Counted from the stretch's first letter, positions 1 through 13,417 are shown. The stretch is DNA of 64,000 bases from Stylophora pistillata (GCF_002571385.2 NW_019218147.1:3494-67493); one strand, 5' to 3'. Translations and numbers: made by a program. The notes: a model not told the origin generated them from the letters alone.

Positions 1-364
1 TGGTGAATGAGGCAAGATATTTTTTGATCGAAGATTATATTTCCTTAATCCACAATCTCATTTACCCAAAACTAAGTGGGTCGTATTTCGTTTGGTGCAT
101 GAAGAATGTTTAGCACAACTTTGTGATGAAAAGGTGATCATCCTCACTTTGTTTTGCAGCAGGGTCTCTTATGACTTAGGAATTGAATTGTAAGTCTTCG
201 TTTTACTTCATCTCTAGTTTTCTTTGTTTCATAGATTAACTTGTCGCCCACATGAAAAGCTGGAAGAGGAACTCTCTGTCGATCATTTTCACGATTTGAT
301 CACGTGCGGCTGTTTTCTCTCCTTGAACATAGTGTTGAATGCTGGATGGAATCCTGTTCGGTGA
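1..364 (+). CDS. Possible terminal exons of a gene entering from the left (BTB/KCTD-like end, tentative)
   Basis: Frame VNEARYFLIEDYISLIHNLIYPKL resembles the last BTB helix (EAxY/FxI). Acceptor-like ttttgcag (~158), donor gtaagt (~190) and acceptor tttcatag (~234) are present, but the splice phase is not unambiguous. Confidence 0.22.
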
Positions 365-984
365 CAAGCAAGTTCTCTCGACGACGAAGGAAAGCTTACC
401 CCCTAACATGCAAATTAGAAATCGGCCTTTCTTTGTCGTCCGGCCGAAAGATGGGCTCTTCCTTTTTATTACAACTTTTTTTAACATTCTTCAACTCGTC
501 TCCCGAAGAAACATTTAGACACAACTGCAATGGACTGTAATAGATATTTAATAATACTCAGCTAGCAATATTCAGTGACAATATGGACGTTAACAGGACG
601 CAGTATGACTTGGTTCTCTACTGACAGCCGTTAATGTGTGATCTTTCATACCAGCTGTCAAACGTTATTCAATATAAACATCGCTTGTAAAGTTTTTTCT
701 ATCACCGCTTTCCCCTCATCGAGTCATTAGGTTCAGAGCGTACCTCTCGGTAGACATGAATAAGATGGTGCCTGCTTTAAGTTTAGAGGAGAACTAACCC
801 GAAGAACTTCTTCAAATTTGAACTAAGAATAACAGTTGGAATGTAAACAACTATGTCACATCCCGTATTTAAGTATGGTCATAGCTTTTGGTTAAGGGAA
901 CACAAAATTTAAACAATAAATAAAGCAAACTTTCTTATTAGGGTTTGAAATTTGTCTGAAGAGCGAAATCTATAGTAACGTAGA

Positions 985-3590
985 AATTTTTTAAAGATAG
1001 CTCCATTTACATTAATTTACAGTACAAGCATGACACGACGAAGAATTTTTTTCGATTACATACAATAAACATACAGTTTTCGAGGATATTATGTAAACTG
1101 CGTTTGAAAAGATCTTAAAGTTGTTAAGTTATTGACTGATTGGAAAGCTTGATAAGGAAGGCACTGTCAATCACTTTCTGGTGATCACGTGCAAATAAGT
1201 AGACTGTTTTCGTTCCTAAGAAATAATTCCTTTATCTAGCTCGTTCCTTTCGACTTCGTAAGCCTAGTCATTCTTTTCAGTGCAAAACAAGTTTTTCTAG
1301 TGACCAATAAAAGCATATCATTCGCCTAGTACATAAATATATCGGTCTTTCATTGTCTTGAGCCTTTCCTACTTACTAAAACTTCGTGAAAGTCCATAAA
1401 ATTTTCTCCAACCCATTTACTGAGTAACGAGAGGCTTCTGAATAAGCCCCAGGCTGGAATAATCTATTGATGATGACCATCTAATCGAAAAATAATTTTG
1501 AATTGCAATATTAACAATGTCGATGAAGCTCGGATTATATTTTTGTTAAAAGGCTGATAGTTTCGAAAGAAACTGTTTGGGGCTGCGTTATATTTTTGTT
1601 AGCTTTATTGTTTGATCATTCGTACGTGCAGTTGTCAAATGTTATTTAATATCAGGAGACATCTGTTGCTGGGCTATTACTAGACTCGTTTAATTTCTTG
1701 TCATTTCTTTAATAATAATAATACTGACGACAATTATGGCAGATCTTTCGAAAATTGTTCTATTTGCCGATCATATTCTATATTTAGAAACGTTTATCGA
1801 TTGTGTTAGCTCGAGTTAAAGCTCCCGCTCCCAACTCTTCTTTTCTCAGTTAAAGGATTTTCGAGTGTAGACTGCCGACTTTCTCGAATTTTTGGGCAGC
1901 TTATCAAACATGTTTGATATGTAAGAAATTGATAAGCTGTGTTTACCTTCAGTAGAATGTAGGGAGCCACCGCAAGAGCTGCTGGCTGAAGAAAAAAGTG
2001 ATCTTTCGGTAGCGAAAAATGTCGTCAAACGTGACTGCAACGATGAATAGAACACACTCTATGTCGAGCTGCTTCAACCCCATAGCGAGACGAATTAGTG
2101 AAAGCTTCGCCTACTCTCTGCTATTTGTTGTGTCGCTGGCTGCAAATACCTTTATTGGAATTATTGTGTATAGGACGAAAGCTCTGCGAACACCAATAAA
2201 CATTTTGATTGTAAACATGGCCATCTCCGAACTATTGCATCCTATTTTCATGTTTACGCGAACGTTAGTAGAATTAAACATGGACAACTACTGGCTGATC
2301 AGCGGTCACCTTGGGCAAGCCTTGTGTAAGCTCAGTCACTTTGCTACAGATGTCTCCACTGCTGTGTCCATTCAGAGCTTGCTGCTGATAGCAGTGAATC
2401 GATTTGTAGCCGTGGTATTTCCCCACTGTTACCCACTGATCAGTTCAAAACGGTGCCGATTCTTTATTCTCGTTATTTGGATCTTCGCCATGGCTGTCCA
2501 TTGCCCATACTTGATTGCCTTCAGAGTTGTCGAGTACTCAAAAGGGCTGTTTTGTCAGTGGCAGTGGAAAGAGGCATTTGGAGAGTCCATATCGCTACAA
2601 ACCTACATCTCAGTGATGGAATTGATCGTTGTTTTCTGCTATGTCCCTTTGGTTGTGATTATTATACTTTATTTTGCTATTGCCTTAAAAACCAAATCGC
2701 AGAAGGTTCCAGGCGAGCAATCAGCTGCCGTAAGAGTACAGTGTTTAAGGAGAGAGAGAGAAATGTTCTGAAGTTTTCCGCTGCCATCGTGTTAGGTTTT
2801 GCTGTATGCTGGCTGCCACTCAGTATCATCATCGCCTTATACTTCTTTTCATCCGACAGAAAAATGATATCATCTTGCGGTTTCCAATACATCCACCTTA
2901 TTAGCTTCTTTCTGGCCTACTCATACTGCACTGTAAACCCTTGCATCTGTTTTATCTTTAGCGGCAATTTTCGCCAAGGTCTTAAGAATCTTCTCAGCTG
3001 CTCTTCTACTGATTAATCAAGCTGCTCAGTCACACTCTTCGCCTCAACCTTTTGCATTCAAGGAATAAAGTTTGGTTTCCCATGCCGACAATTAGTTTCC
3101 TCCATTCCACAACTTCTGCCCAATTGACTGGCTTGGTCAACCGGCTTTGTAAACTCTTGCATTTATATAATTTACAGAAGATTGTAGTCAAGCTCTTAGA
3201 AATATCCTATATGACTATTTAAGAGGAGCCTCGCTTTATTGAATCTGAAACTGATTTTAAATTAATCAGCCCATAAATTGAAGCGATTTTTTAGCTGTAT
3301 ATGTAAAACTGTCTAAGATACGTTACATTCAGCTGATTCCCGAAACTTGTGAACAATTTTAATTTGAGACATTACTTAACATCTTTTTAATAGTTTACCA
3401 TATACCAATAGGTATTATACGTCCTTGTACTAAAAGGAACTTTATTCAACGGTTCTAACCGTTGTTTGAACTTCAGCTCTGGGATTATTATTTTTGTGTG
3501 TATTACAGTTATGAACGTTTTAAGACTCTACTTAAAAATGAGAAAACATAAAATATACATGAAATCTAATCTTTAAGGTAAAAACAATGT
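985..3590 (+). repeat. Segmental duplication block, paralogous to ~11510-14750
   Basis: Collinear matches, e.g. aaagatagctccatttac (985/11515), ggaaggcactgtcaatca (1157/11659) and GPCR 3' end ctcagctgctcttctac (2993/13394). Confidence 0.9.
2019..3016 (+). pseudogene. Rhodopsin-class (neuropeptide-receptor-like) GPCR with one frameshift in a (GA)n run
   Basis: TM1-TM5 lie in ORF 2019..2771 (NMAISE, NRF in place of DRF). TM6-TM7 (FAVCWLP, NPCICF) lie in the overlapping frame ending at 3016. There is an extra GA at 2750-2762 relative to the RRERNVLK motif seen in paralogs. Confidence 0.85.
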
Positions 3591-4800
3591 GGAAAACTAT
3601 GAAGACTAGTAATGCACACACTTGAGATTATTTGTTATCATTGTTATTCCTTTCTATATGGAAAATAAAACATCTGAATGAAATAAGAGTAAAGGAGAGA
3701 ATATATCACCTCTCTTTCCGAAGTCTGACGAAAAATAGTTCATTTGGAAACCTTTAGCATGATATTTCTTTGCAACGAGAATAAATGTCGCAGAGCCCAT
3801 CAAATCAATAAATTTCAACTAGTACTTATCGCAAAAACGAAATAATAGTGACCATTATGAGCCTATCGTCCCCTTGGAGTGACAAACCGTTGAGAAGCAG
3901 AGGGCTGCCAGCCGAGGAGGCCTGTCACTAAATACATATGACTGCAAACTGTGTGCAGGCTCAGAACTTTTCTGACTGTCCTAACTTCTTTAAGACTCAA
4001 AGGGAACAAAGCCTAAAAACATCCGTGCATTTCACTACGCATGTGGACACAAGGACAGATTTCAAGGTACACATTACACGAACATTTATTTAAAAAACAT
4101 GCAAGCAAGTAAACAAAGAAGGGCACATCATCGTCGTCGGCCCTGATCTGTCGATTTCTCACCATTTCCTTTTGATTCAGATCATACCATGGTGATGCCT
4201 TTTACGTTCAACCTGACGGTGAAAATTTTGGCCATTTTACGGCGAACGGTTATCTTCCTTCCTCTGTGATTAAAAGGAAAATTTCTTCAGTTAAATTTTT
4301 TACGACTAACGGCCAAAATCCATCAATTTTTACGCTTGAAAGCTAAATTTTTGGCCGTTTTATGACTAACGGCTAACCTCAAGAATACCCTCACGCAGAT
4401 TGATTATTGATTATCTAATATGAATGAATGCGATCTATGATGCGGAAAAATTTAATGTGATTTGGAATCCATTGTCAGTGGAGAGCTGCAATTCTTTCCT
4501 GATCGATCATGTTGATGTAATGAAGTTACTTTCATTATCAAGAGTCTTGCGAGCTAACTTCAGTCCTTACCAGGCCTTTTGAATTTTACACGCTCGGTTG
4601 TCGTCCCCTTCCTTCGTCGTCCTTATACACTAATAGACACTACATACACTTTATACCGAATATACACTTTGTACAAGGGACATGTGTCTAAAGTGTAGAA
4701 ATATACAGCAATATACACTATGTATATAAGAACGATCCTTCGCAGTAAAGCACTATTTAAGCAATAGTGGAAATCAGACCTGAAAAAAAAAAAAAAAAAA

Positions 4801-5253
4801 NNNNNNNNNNNNNNNNNNNNNNNNNNNNNNNNNNNNNNNNNNNNNNNNNNNNNNNNNNNNNNNNNNNNNNNNNNNNNNNNNNNNNNNNNNNNNNNNNNNN
4901 NNNNNNNNNNNNNNNNNNNNNNNNNNNNNNNNNNNNNNNNNNNNNNNNNNNNNNNNNNNNNNNNNNNNNNNNNNNNNNNNNNNNNNNNNNNNNNNNNNNN
5001 NNNNNNNNNNNNNNNNNNNNNNNNNNNNNNNNNNNNNNNNNNNNNNNNNNNNNNNNNNNNNNNNNNNNNNNNNNNNNNNNNNNNNNNNNNNNNNNNNNNN
5101 NNNNNNNNNNNNNNNNNNNNNNNNNNNNNNNNNNNNNNNNNNNNNNNNNNNNNNNNNNNNNNNNNNNNNNNNNNNNNNNNNNNNNNNNNNNNNNNNNNNN
5201 NNNNNNNNNNNNNNNNNNNNNNNNNNNNNNNNNNNNNNNNNNNNNNNNNNNNN
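4801..5253. other. Assembly gap (N run); other gaps at 8337-9145, 18539-18622, 32273-32289
   Basis: Runs of n. Confidence 0.99.
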
Positions 5254-5264
5254 CCGTTACCAGT

Positions 5265-7675
5265 TTTAGTAACATCCCTTATTTCGTCCAACATAGTTGA
5301 GAAATCAGTTAATAAGAAAACAGAGATTATGCTTACTTCACAGTTTATCCACTATAATTCAGACTAAGATTTCCCACGAGATTACACTGAAACCTCATGG
5401 CCCATGATTGACGTTTCACACCGGAAATGAAAATTGAACCCAGTAAAGATATTATAATAACTAGATTCAATCACTTAATGACCAGCCGTGAGGTAATGAT
5501 ATCAGTATTACTTTGTTCAATTTATAGTGGTATTTGAACCGGGTAGAGTACAATTTGGTCCGAAATCTTACGCGCGAAAAAAAAATAGAAGTACGGATTT
5601 CAGACCGAAAGAGTTCGCATCTTTTTTGTTCTGTCGCACTGTTCCGCGGCATTTTGTAATAACAACGCATTTTATGATAACCTACGCAGATGGTCGCGGC
5701 ATTTTTTAATAACTAACATAATTTGTAATAGGCACTGCAGCTTTTTCTAAAAAGGCGGGTATGTATTTTTGTAAAACCTTTTACAAAATAGGCCGTCGTT
5801 ACAATTGCGCAGGACACGCATTGACTTTGTATGTCAGTAAGAATTAAAATCGTTTGCATTTTGTTTTAACATTGTAAAGAAATAACCCGTCGCATTTGCA
5901 ACAACGCTTACCGCACTTCGTAAGTAAACCCAATGATAGCTTTATCAATGTGACAGCTTTATTATTACCAAGTGCGACACGCGTTATTAAAACTGAATGC
6001 GAAAAATAATATGAAGTGCGACATTTATCACATTATGGGACAGGTATTTCAAAAGCCGCCGATCATTTCAAAGTGCGACAAACAATTTCCGCGTTTGCGG
6101 ATCAAGGAAAAAAAATGTCCTGCATACTCTGTCTTTCATTGAAGTTCATCGGAAATCAAGTCATATGCTTCAGAAACTCGCTCTTTTATAATTGTACGTA
6201 AATTTTCTATATGCCTCTGGTCGGAATAAAAAGAAAGCCAATAATTAATGATCAATGATAACAAAAAATGCCGATGTCGACTTAAATTATTCGTTTCCAT
6301 AAAGTAAACGTTTTCAATTCAAAGTTCATAATCATGTTTAGATAAGGAGAGATAAAACTTGACCGCTTCTTTTTAAAAGCTTCAGGTGGTTCGTAAGTTT
6401 TCATTAAGTACAATGGAGGGCGACTCAAATTTATTTGCCCTTCACCGCTTCGGCAGTGTCAGAATCAAATAGGGGAAAAACTGAGAAAAGAAAAGGCTCA
6501 GATTTTGTAAAATCAAGTCATCTGTGTCAGAAATTCACTCTCTTGTAATTGTATGAAAATTTGCCTCTGATGGCAAACGACATCGAAAAAAAACCAAAAG
6601 AATGATAAAAAAAAAGAGTGCCGATGATGACTTAATGTAAACATTTTTAAATTAGAAGTTCAATAATATGTTCAAATAAAGGGAGTTTTTAGAATGCGCA
6701 GTTGGCTTGTTAGCTCAATTGGTAGAGCGCTGCACTAGTATCGCAGAGGTCAGAGGTCCGAATCCCGTACAGGCCTGATTTTTTTCAGGTCTGTTTTTCG
6801 CTATTGCTTAAATAGCGCTATCTACTGCGAGGATCGTGCATCATATGTGAATTACTTAAGTTCATCATGCTACTTCATTATTGCATCTCATATGTTTGCC
6901 AATCTTGATGACCTTATACTTTGCATAAACCAGTCTTCTTATTCTATTTAGAAAGGTGTTGTTCGTCTTGTCGCGAGCGTGGGACAGAGAAAAACTCTGA
7001 AACTCGAGAAAAACGGATTTCGCGTTCTTACTACCACTGAGCCACAGAGAACTCTGTGGTGATAAAGGCCGTCACTCGATTCACCTTTTACACGCATCAT
7101 GCAGACTGTCAAGATGAGCGATGTAAAAGACGTCAATCACGCTGACAGCATCCCAGCTAGAATCAAGACAGAGGAAACAGGATGATAAATCCTTAATCAG
7201 AGGGAGCGCGGATCACAGTGTAACGGGTATGCTTACATGAAGGGTGAGCTCTCATGCACTGACAGACGAAAAAGTCCAAAAAGAACGGAAGTCTTCAGTT
7301 TGGAAGTTAAAGGAAAGCGCTATTGAGTTGAAAAACTCGGAACAAGTACTGAATTTGTCGTCTCCTTGCTTTGCAACAGGAGTAGCCACCGGTTCAAGCG
7401 TTTGGCCAGGCGAGCCATCAAAATGGGTCGAGCTCAAAAGATTTTGGATCAACTGCAAAACTTCCTTGAAAAATAGTTTACGGAAAATGACAAGCCAGAA
7501 CGTTTGGTTCGACTTGCGCTTCGTTAGTTTTCTTCTTTGTTTCTTTAAGAGATAAAATTTGAAAATTTGTTTTCAGCTGTGTAACGGGACTAAAAGCAGC
7601 ACTTTATAAGACGAGATCGAGTTGTCCTTCAAATTGTCTTCCTGAGAAGTTTACCAATAGGTGTACTCGATACAG
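5265..7675 (+). repeat. Deleted duplicate of 17345-18830 + 21838-22157 + 24658-25171
   Basis: Three collinear blocks match the downstream copy. The junctions at ~6690-6848 (SINE) and ~7135 skip ~3 kb and ~2.5 kb respectively. Confidence 0.88.
6704..6848 (+). mobile_element. tRNA-derived SINE (tRNA-Thr(AGT)-like head 6704-6776)
   Basis: GGCTTGT...ACAGGCC acceptor-like stem, A-box TAGCTCAATTGGTAGAGC, anticodon loop CT-AGT-AT and degenerate B-box GGTCCGAATCC. The T stem is mispaired and a non-tRNA body follows. Confidence 0.7.
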
Positions 7676-7896
7676 GATATCATCTTCACCTGGATTATTG
7701 TTAAAGACTAAACAAAATGAAGGAAGAAACACATCAATCACTACATCAAAGATATGGCAGATGCATTAGTTCAAAATAACTAGATCCTGAAGGCTCAATC
7801 GTCAACTTTCTCTCGTGATGAAAAATTCACACAACAGCAGATGAAAATGAAGCTACGTTTTCTGCCTTTAAAAGCACACACAACCCACAATTCCTC

Positions 7897-7998
7897 AATT
7901 CGCTCCGACGAAGGGCTAACGCTCGAAACGTCAGCTTTTGTAATCGTTACGGTGGCCAATTTACCATTTCAACTTTGTTGATATATCCAAATTATTAA
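7897..7998 (+). mobile_element. Short Penelope-like repeat (family 1) with minimal type-I hammerhead motif at 7902-7935
   Basis: GCT-CCGACGA-A-GGGC(TAAC)GCTC-GAAAC-GTC-AGC. Related copies at 9631-9735, 13440-13535, 42388-42490, 43235-43410 and 56683-56912. Confidence 0.7.
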
Positions 7999-9372
7999 GT
8001 AATAATTTGTCCACAAAGGATAAGAGTAGAATGGGTCTGACCTTCATTAACATTTTGTCTGCAAAACTGGAGCTTTAGTAGGTAAAGTTGCTTTGATAAA
8101 GCTGTTTTGTTGTCAGCTCCTTTTCCTCTTTCATGAAAACCCCTGGGGTGTATCATTTGTCTATTAGTAGCATGGTGGTCTTCACAAGGGTCTAATAGTA
8201 TGTTTGATAAACAGGTTGGGGTGGAATATATTGATTTGAATTTTTCTCATTCTTGGATTGATTGTTCAAAACCAATTTATACCTGTAGCTAATCCTGGCT
8301 TTGTTTCCTTCAGCTCTGTCTTAAACAGAGATGATANNNNNNNNNNNNNNNNNNNNNNNNNNNNNNNNNNNNNNNNNNNNNNNNNNNNNNNNNNNNNNNN
8401 NNNNNNNNNNNNNNNNNNNNNNNNNNNNNNNNNNNNNNNNNNNNNNNNNNNNNNNNNNNNNNNNNNNNNNNNNNNNNNNNNNNNNNNNNNNNNNNNNNNN
8501 NNNNNNNNNNNNNNNNNNNNNNNNNNNNNNNNNNNNNNNNNNNNNNNNNNNNNNNNNNNNNNNNNNNNNNNNNNNNNNNNNNNNNNNNNNNNNNNNNNNN
8601 NNNNNNNNNNNNNNNNNNNNNNNNNNNNNNNNNNNNNNNNNNNNNNNNNNNNNNNNNNNNNNNNNNNNNNNNNNNNNNNNNNNNNNNNNNNNNNNNNNNN
8701 NNNNNNNNNNNNNNNNNNNNNNNNNNNNNNNNNNNNNNNNNNNNNNNNNNNNNNNNNNNNNNNNNNNNNNNNNNNNNNNNNNNNNNNNNNNNNNNNNNNN
8801 NNNNNNNNNNNNNNNNNNNNNNNNNNNNNNNNNNNNNNNNNNNNNNNNNNNNNNNNNNNNNNNNNNNNNNNNNNNNNNNNNNNNNNNNNNNNNNNNNNNN
8901 NNNNNNNNNNNNNNNNNNNNNNNNNNNNNNNNNNNNNNNNNNNNNNNNNNNNNNNNNNNNNNNNNNNNNNNNNNNNNNNNNNNNNNNNNNNNNNNNNNNN
9001 NNNNNNNNNNNNNNNNNNNNNNNNNNNNNNNNNNNNNNNNNNNNNNNNNNNNNNNNNNNNNNNNNNNNNNNNNNNNNNNNNNNNNNNNNNNNNNNNNNNN
9101 NNNNNNNNNNNNNNNNNNNNNNNNNNNNNNNNNNNNNNNNNNNNNTGCTTTTTTTTTTCACTGATACTGTAGTTTGACACACACACGCGCACACACACAC
9201 ACGCGCACACACATTTATGTCTTAGTATGCTTTAGCCTTGCGACTACATATCAATAGACTGGCCTGCATAGACCATAGCTTTCAACAGTCGTCTCCGCCA
9301 GCCAGGCCAATTACGACAATCATCAAGTAATGAAGAAGTGAAATATACAAATTTAAAATAGACGAAGGTTAT

Positions 9373-9735
9373 TTCCTGAGAAGTTTACCAATAGGTGTAC
9401 TCGATACAGGATATCATCTTCACCTGGATTATTGTTAAAGACTAAACAAAATGAAGGAAGAAACACATCAATCCCTACATCAAAGATATGGCAGATGCAT
9501 TAGTTCAAAATAACTAGATCCTGAAGGCTCAATCGTCAACTTTCTCTCGTGATGAAAAATTCACACAACAGCAGATGAAAATGAAGCTACGTTTTCTGCC
9601 TTTAAAAGCACACACAACCCACAATTCCTCAATTCGCTCCGACGAAGGGCTAACGCTCGAAACGTCAGCTTTTGTAATCGTTACGGTGGCCAATTTACCA
9701 TTTCAACTCTGTTGATATATCCAAATTATTAAGTA
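9373..9735 (+). repeat. Near-identical direct copy of 7639-8001, including the hammerhead motif at 9636-9669
   Basis: I see only two substitutions over ~360 bp. The two copies flank the 8337-9145 gap. Confidence 0.9.
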
Positions 9736-10116
9736 AAGTAGAAATACCTAAAAAAATGATGTGTGACAACAAACCAGAATAAAGGCCTAGAATGATTGGT
9801 TTCGAATGATATATTCAAATTTCAGTCACTTTCGCAGTGAGCGGTAATACAAATAGAGCTGCCTGTGACTTCCACGAGAGCAGCGCTTTAATTCTCTGAT
9901 TAGTTGTCTCGATACAAACTTTACTTCAAGCTCAACGCTAATTACTTTCGATACAAACTTTTCATTCCTCGCTCGTTCGACTCGAAAAGCACGTGTTCAA
10001 GACTATTTTCGGACTGCAATCAATGCTAAGTAAATATTAATAGCGTCACACCCTTATTACGTAATCATGTTCTCGACAGCTTGGCTTCAGCGTTCACTAA
10101 AGAACGCGTCTACGAA

Positions 10117-10560
10117 ATGGCGATAAACTTAAGCGTAAAAGTGAATGGAACCCAGCCGTCAGTGCATTAATCCCACAGCAGACAGGATTGGGTACACAAT
10201 TGCTTGCTGCCTTTTATTTATTGTTCCTCTGTTTGGAAATTCCTTTATTGGAATAATTGTTTACATGACGAAAACTATGCGGAAACCCATAATTTATCTA
10301 ATTTTTAACATGGCAGCGTCAGACCTCCTGCTGCCGATATTCTGTATGTCGATATAATTGGCCAATCAGCGGCCACCTTGGCGAAGCTTTGTGTAAACTT
10401 TTTCCTTTTTCGGCCGATCTCTCAGCTGCCTTGTCAATTCAGAGCCTGCTAGTGATAGCAGTGGATCGATTTGTAGCTGTGGTATTTCCCCTTCGTTCCC
10501 ACTCATCAGTTCAAAATTGTGACCCTTCCTCGTCCTCGCTACTTGGATCATCGCCATAAT
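10117..10560 (+). pseudogene. Truncated GPCR pseudogene, duplicate of the 15124 gene
   Basis: Aligns with 15124-15592, and the upstream region 9735-9885 aligns with 14917-15085. It has frameshifts, a deletion after TM2, a TGT>TGA change near 10520, and lacks the 3' half. Confidence 0.88.
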
Positions 10561-12035
10561 TTTTACCTGCTCGTTGAAAATGTTTTTCACAAATGCAGCT
10601 CAGTATTGACCGTAAGGGGAAGAAATTTTAGAAAATTACATTTTATTCAGCTGGCTCTTGTGTCTTCACAAAAAAGCAAGAATATAAATACGTCATTGAA
10701 CTGCACACTGAATCTGGCCATACAGGAACAAGTCTGGTGGAATAGATCTATTAATGTGCGCAAATTAACCATTACGTTAAATTATCGGGTAAAGATTGGT
10801 CTATCAAAGCAGGTGTGTCAATTTACTGGGTAGACCATTAATTTGCATGCATTTGTAAATGTTCTCCTTCTATGACGAATATTTACTGCACGCCGACTAT
10901 AGGTGGTCATAATGAAGATGTTTCAAAAACAAATGTCAGTGGCATTATCTTTAAGCGCATTTTATAGGTGAATGTTTGCCAAAGCAGTTAGCTTCATTTC
11001 GTGCATGCAGTGTCTGAAGTGGCTTCCAATCAGCGGATGCCTTTCTTTGCTTTTACTCCAACTTGCTCAAAACACCCACTCTTTGAAAAGTATTTCACGA
11101 AGAAGACGGCAGCCGTCAAAGGGCTTAAAATATCACTGTCAACTGTCAAAAAGGAAAAGTTTTGACCGTCAACTATAGGGGCTCATCGCCGCTAAAATCC
11201 TGTTTCAAATTCTGTTATGTAGAACCTGTGCAGATTATAAATTCTTTGCTTAAAACACTGGAACAGCAATTGAACAAACGGAATAGAATTTTGGAAGACG
11301 GAAATTAAGCTACACAAGCAGAACGAAATTTAAGACGTCACAAAGACAGGCATACCAAAAATTGGAGCATCAGAATATGAATTGATGCTGTTTCAGTTTT
11401 ATGTTCTGTTGAACAACGGACCGAGTGAAACCATTAAAACAAATAAATGAAACAAACTTTTTGATAAACTTTTGAAATTTTTCAAAAGAGCGGAGTCTAC
11501 AGTTGAAGTTTTAAAAGATAGCTCCATTTACAAGCATGACACGACCAGGGTCTTTTTACCACTTACAATTAAACATACAGTTAATAGAGGATACTATGTT
11601 ATGCGTTTGAAAAGTTCTCAAATTTGTTAACTCATTTATTTAGGAGGAGGCTTGAAAAGGAAGGCACTGTCAATCATGTACAGGTGATCACGTGCAAATG
11701 AGCAGACTGTTCCTAAGAAATACTAACTCAGTTTATCTGGCTTTTCCTTTTCGATTTCGAAAGCCTAGTAATTATATTCAGTGCAAAACAAGTTTTTCTG
11801 GAGACCAATAAAAGCATACCATTCGTCTCGCACATAACAAGATCCATCTTTTATTGTCCTAAGGCTTTAATTTCCTTTAACAAAAATTTCGTTAAAATCC
11901 ATCAAATTTTCTTTAAAACTCCAATCCGTCTACTGAGCAACGAGGCTTCTGAGTAAGTTCCAGGCTAGATTAAACTATCGATGACAGTCTGATTGAAAAA
12001 TAATTTTGAATTGCAATGTCACTGAAGCACGGATT

Positions 12036-12405
12036 AACCAATGGTAAACACCACGGCGTGCACCATGTTGAGTTATGGGTGCACGCGGGAGGTTGCTAAG
12101 CACGAAAGAAACGTAACAGTCGTGCGAGGCGATAGAGCGACTCTAGCTTCTTGAGTACTTAGTAAACCTTCTAAGTGCATCCATAACTCAATAGTGTACT
12201 CTGTCCATTTGTCTTATAACATATCATTGATACATTGTAGCAAAAGAGTTTTCTTTTATTTAACAAATCTTAAGTGACCAGAAAAAACAAGCGCGCGTGA
12301 AAAACTAGTCTTTACATTTGCTCACGTCGACAGCGTACACCCACGGGCAAACGGTGGACGCTGAATTGACCAATCAGAGCGCGCGCTTTCCTTTGGTTGT
12401 TATAA
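12036..12405. mobile_element. Non-autonomous repeat insertion with internal hairpin
   Basis: Absent from the paralogous site near 1535. Inverted segments ttgagttatgggtgcac ... gtgcatccataactcaa. Confidence 0.65.
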
Positions 12406-12734
12406 TCATATTTTTGCTAGCTTAATGCGTGATCATTCGTACCAGCAGTTGTCAACTCTCATTCAATATCATTAAACATCTGTAGCTGGGCTCAGTTTCT
12501 AGACTCGTTTTCTTGTCATTTCCTTAATAATAATAATGATGACAATTCTAGGAGATCTTTCGAAAATTATCCCTTTTGCCGACCATATTTTATATCAGAA
12601 ACGTTTATTGATTATGTTAGTTCGGATGAAAGCTACTTCCAACTCTTCTTTTCTCAGTTACAGAATCATCTCGGATGTTGACTCTCGATTTTCTCGAATT
12701 TCTGCATGGGCATGCTTATTAATTAAACATGCAA

Positions 12735-13417
12735 GTATGTTGGTGGCAGTGGAAAGAGACATTTGGGGAGTCCATATCGGTACAAACCTACGTGATGGGT
12801 TTAATCTTTATTTTGTGCCATGTCCCTTTAGTTCCGATTGCCACACTTTATTTTGCTATTGCCTTAAAAATTAAATCGCAGAAGATTCCAGGCGAGCAAT
12901 CAGCTACCGTAAGAGTACAGCATTTGAAGACAGAGGCAAATGTTCTGAAGATGTCAGTTGCCATCGTGTTAGGTTTTGCTATATGCTGGCTGCCACACAG
13001 TATCATCATCTCCTTAATCTCCTTTTCATCCGACAGAAAAACTATGTCATCTTGCGGTTTCCAATACACCTACCTTAGGGGCCGACCATTTAACTTTTGA
13101 GGGGAGGGGGTGGGTGATTTCTGGTCATCAAGAATTTTTTTTTCTAGCAATCTGCTGTGCAGGATATTTTTTCCGTTCTAAATGCTCATTTTTTCTGTTA
13201 CATTTGGGCTGCATGCCATTTTTTTCTTCCAATAAGCGCTTGCAGGAAATTTTTTTTCAAAATCACCCACCCCCCTCAAGAGTTAAATAGTCAGCCCCTT
13301 ATTACCTTCTTTCTGGCTTGCTCATACTGCACTGTAAACCTTTGCATTTGTTTTACCTTAAGCGGTAATTTTCGTCAAGTTCTTAAGAATCTTCTCAGCT
13401 GCTCTTCTACAGATTAA
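12735..13417 (+). pseudogene. 5'-deleted GPCR pseudogene (ECL2-TM7), duplicate of the 2019 gene, split by a MITE
   Basis: WQWKETFGESISVQTY...FAICWLP...SSCGFQY, then the MITE, then FFLACSYCTVNLCICF...SCSSTD*. The equivalent of ~1915-2550 is deleted. Confidence 0.9.
13078..13298. mobile_element. MITE, PIF/Harbinger-like
   Basis: TIRs ggggccgaccatttaac...gttaaatagtcagcccc, 3-bp TTA TSD (13075-77 / 13299-301), and an empty site in the paralog at ~2898. Confidence 0.88.

Noticed and set aside
3725-3760. CTGACGA...GAAAC motif
   Set aside because: No stem I, stem II or UH cleavage context.
6704-6776. Functional tRNA-Thr gene
   Set aside because: Mispaired T and anticodon stems, an altered TTC, and an attached repeat body indicate a SINE head.
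4623-9212. Long ORFs in the track spanning X runs (also 18452-18786)
   Set aside because: Artefacts of N gaps.
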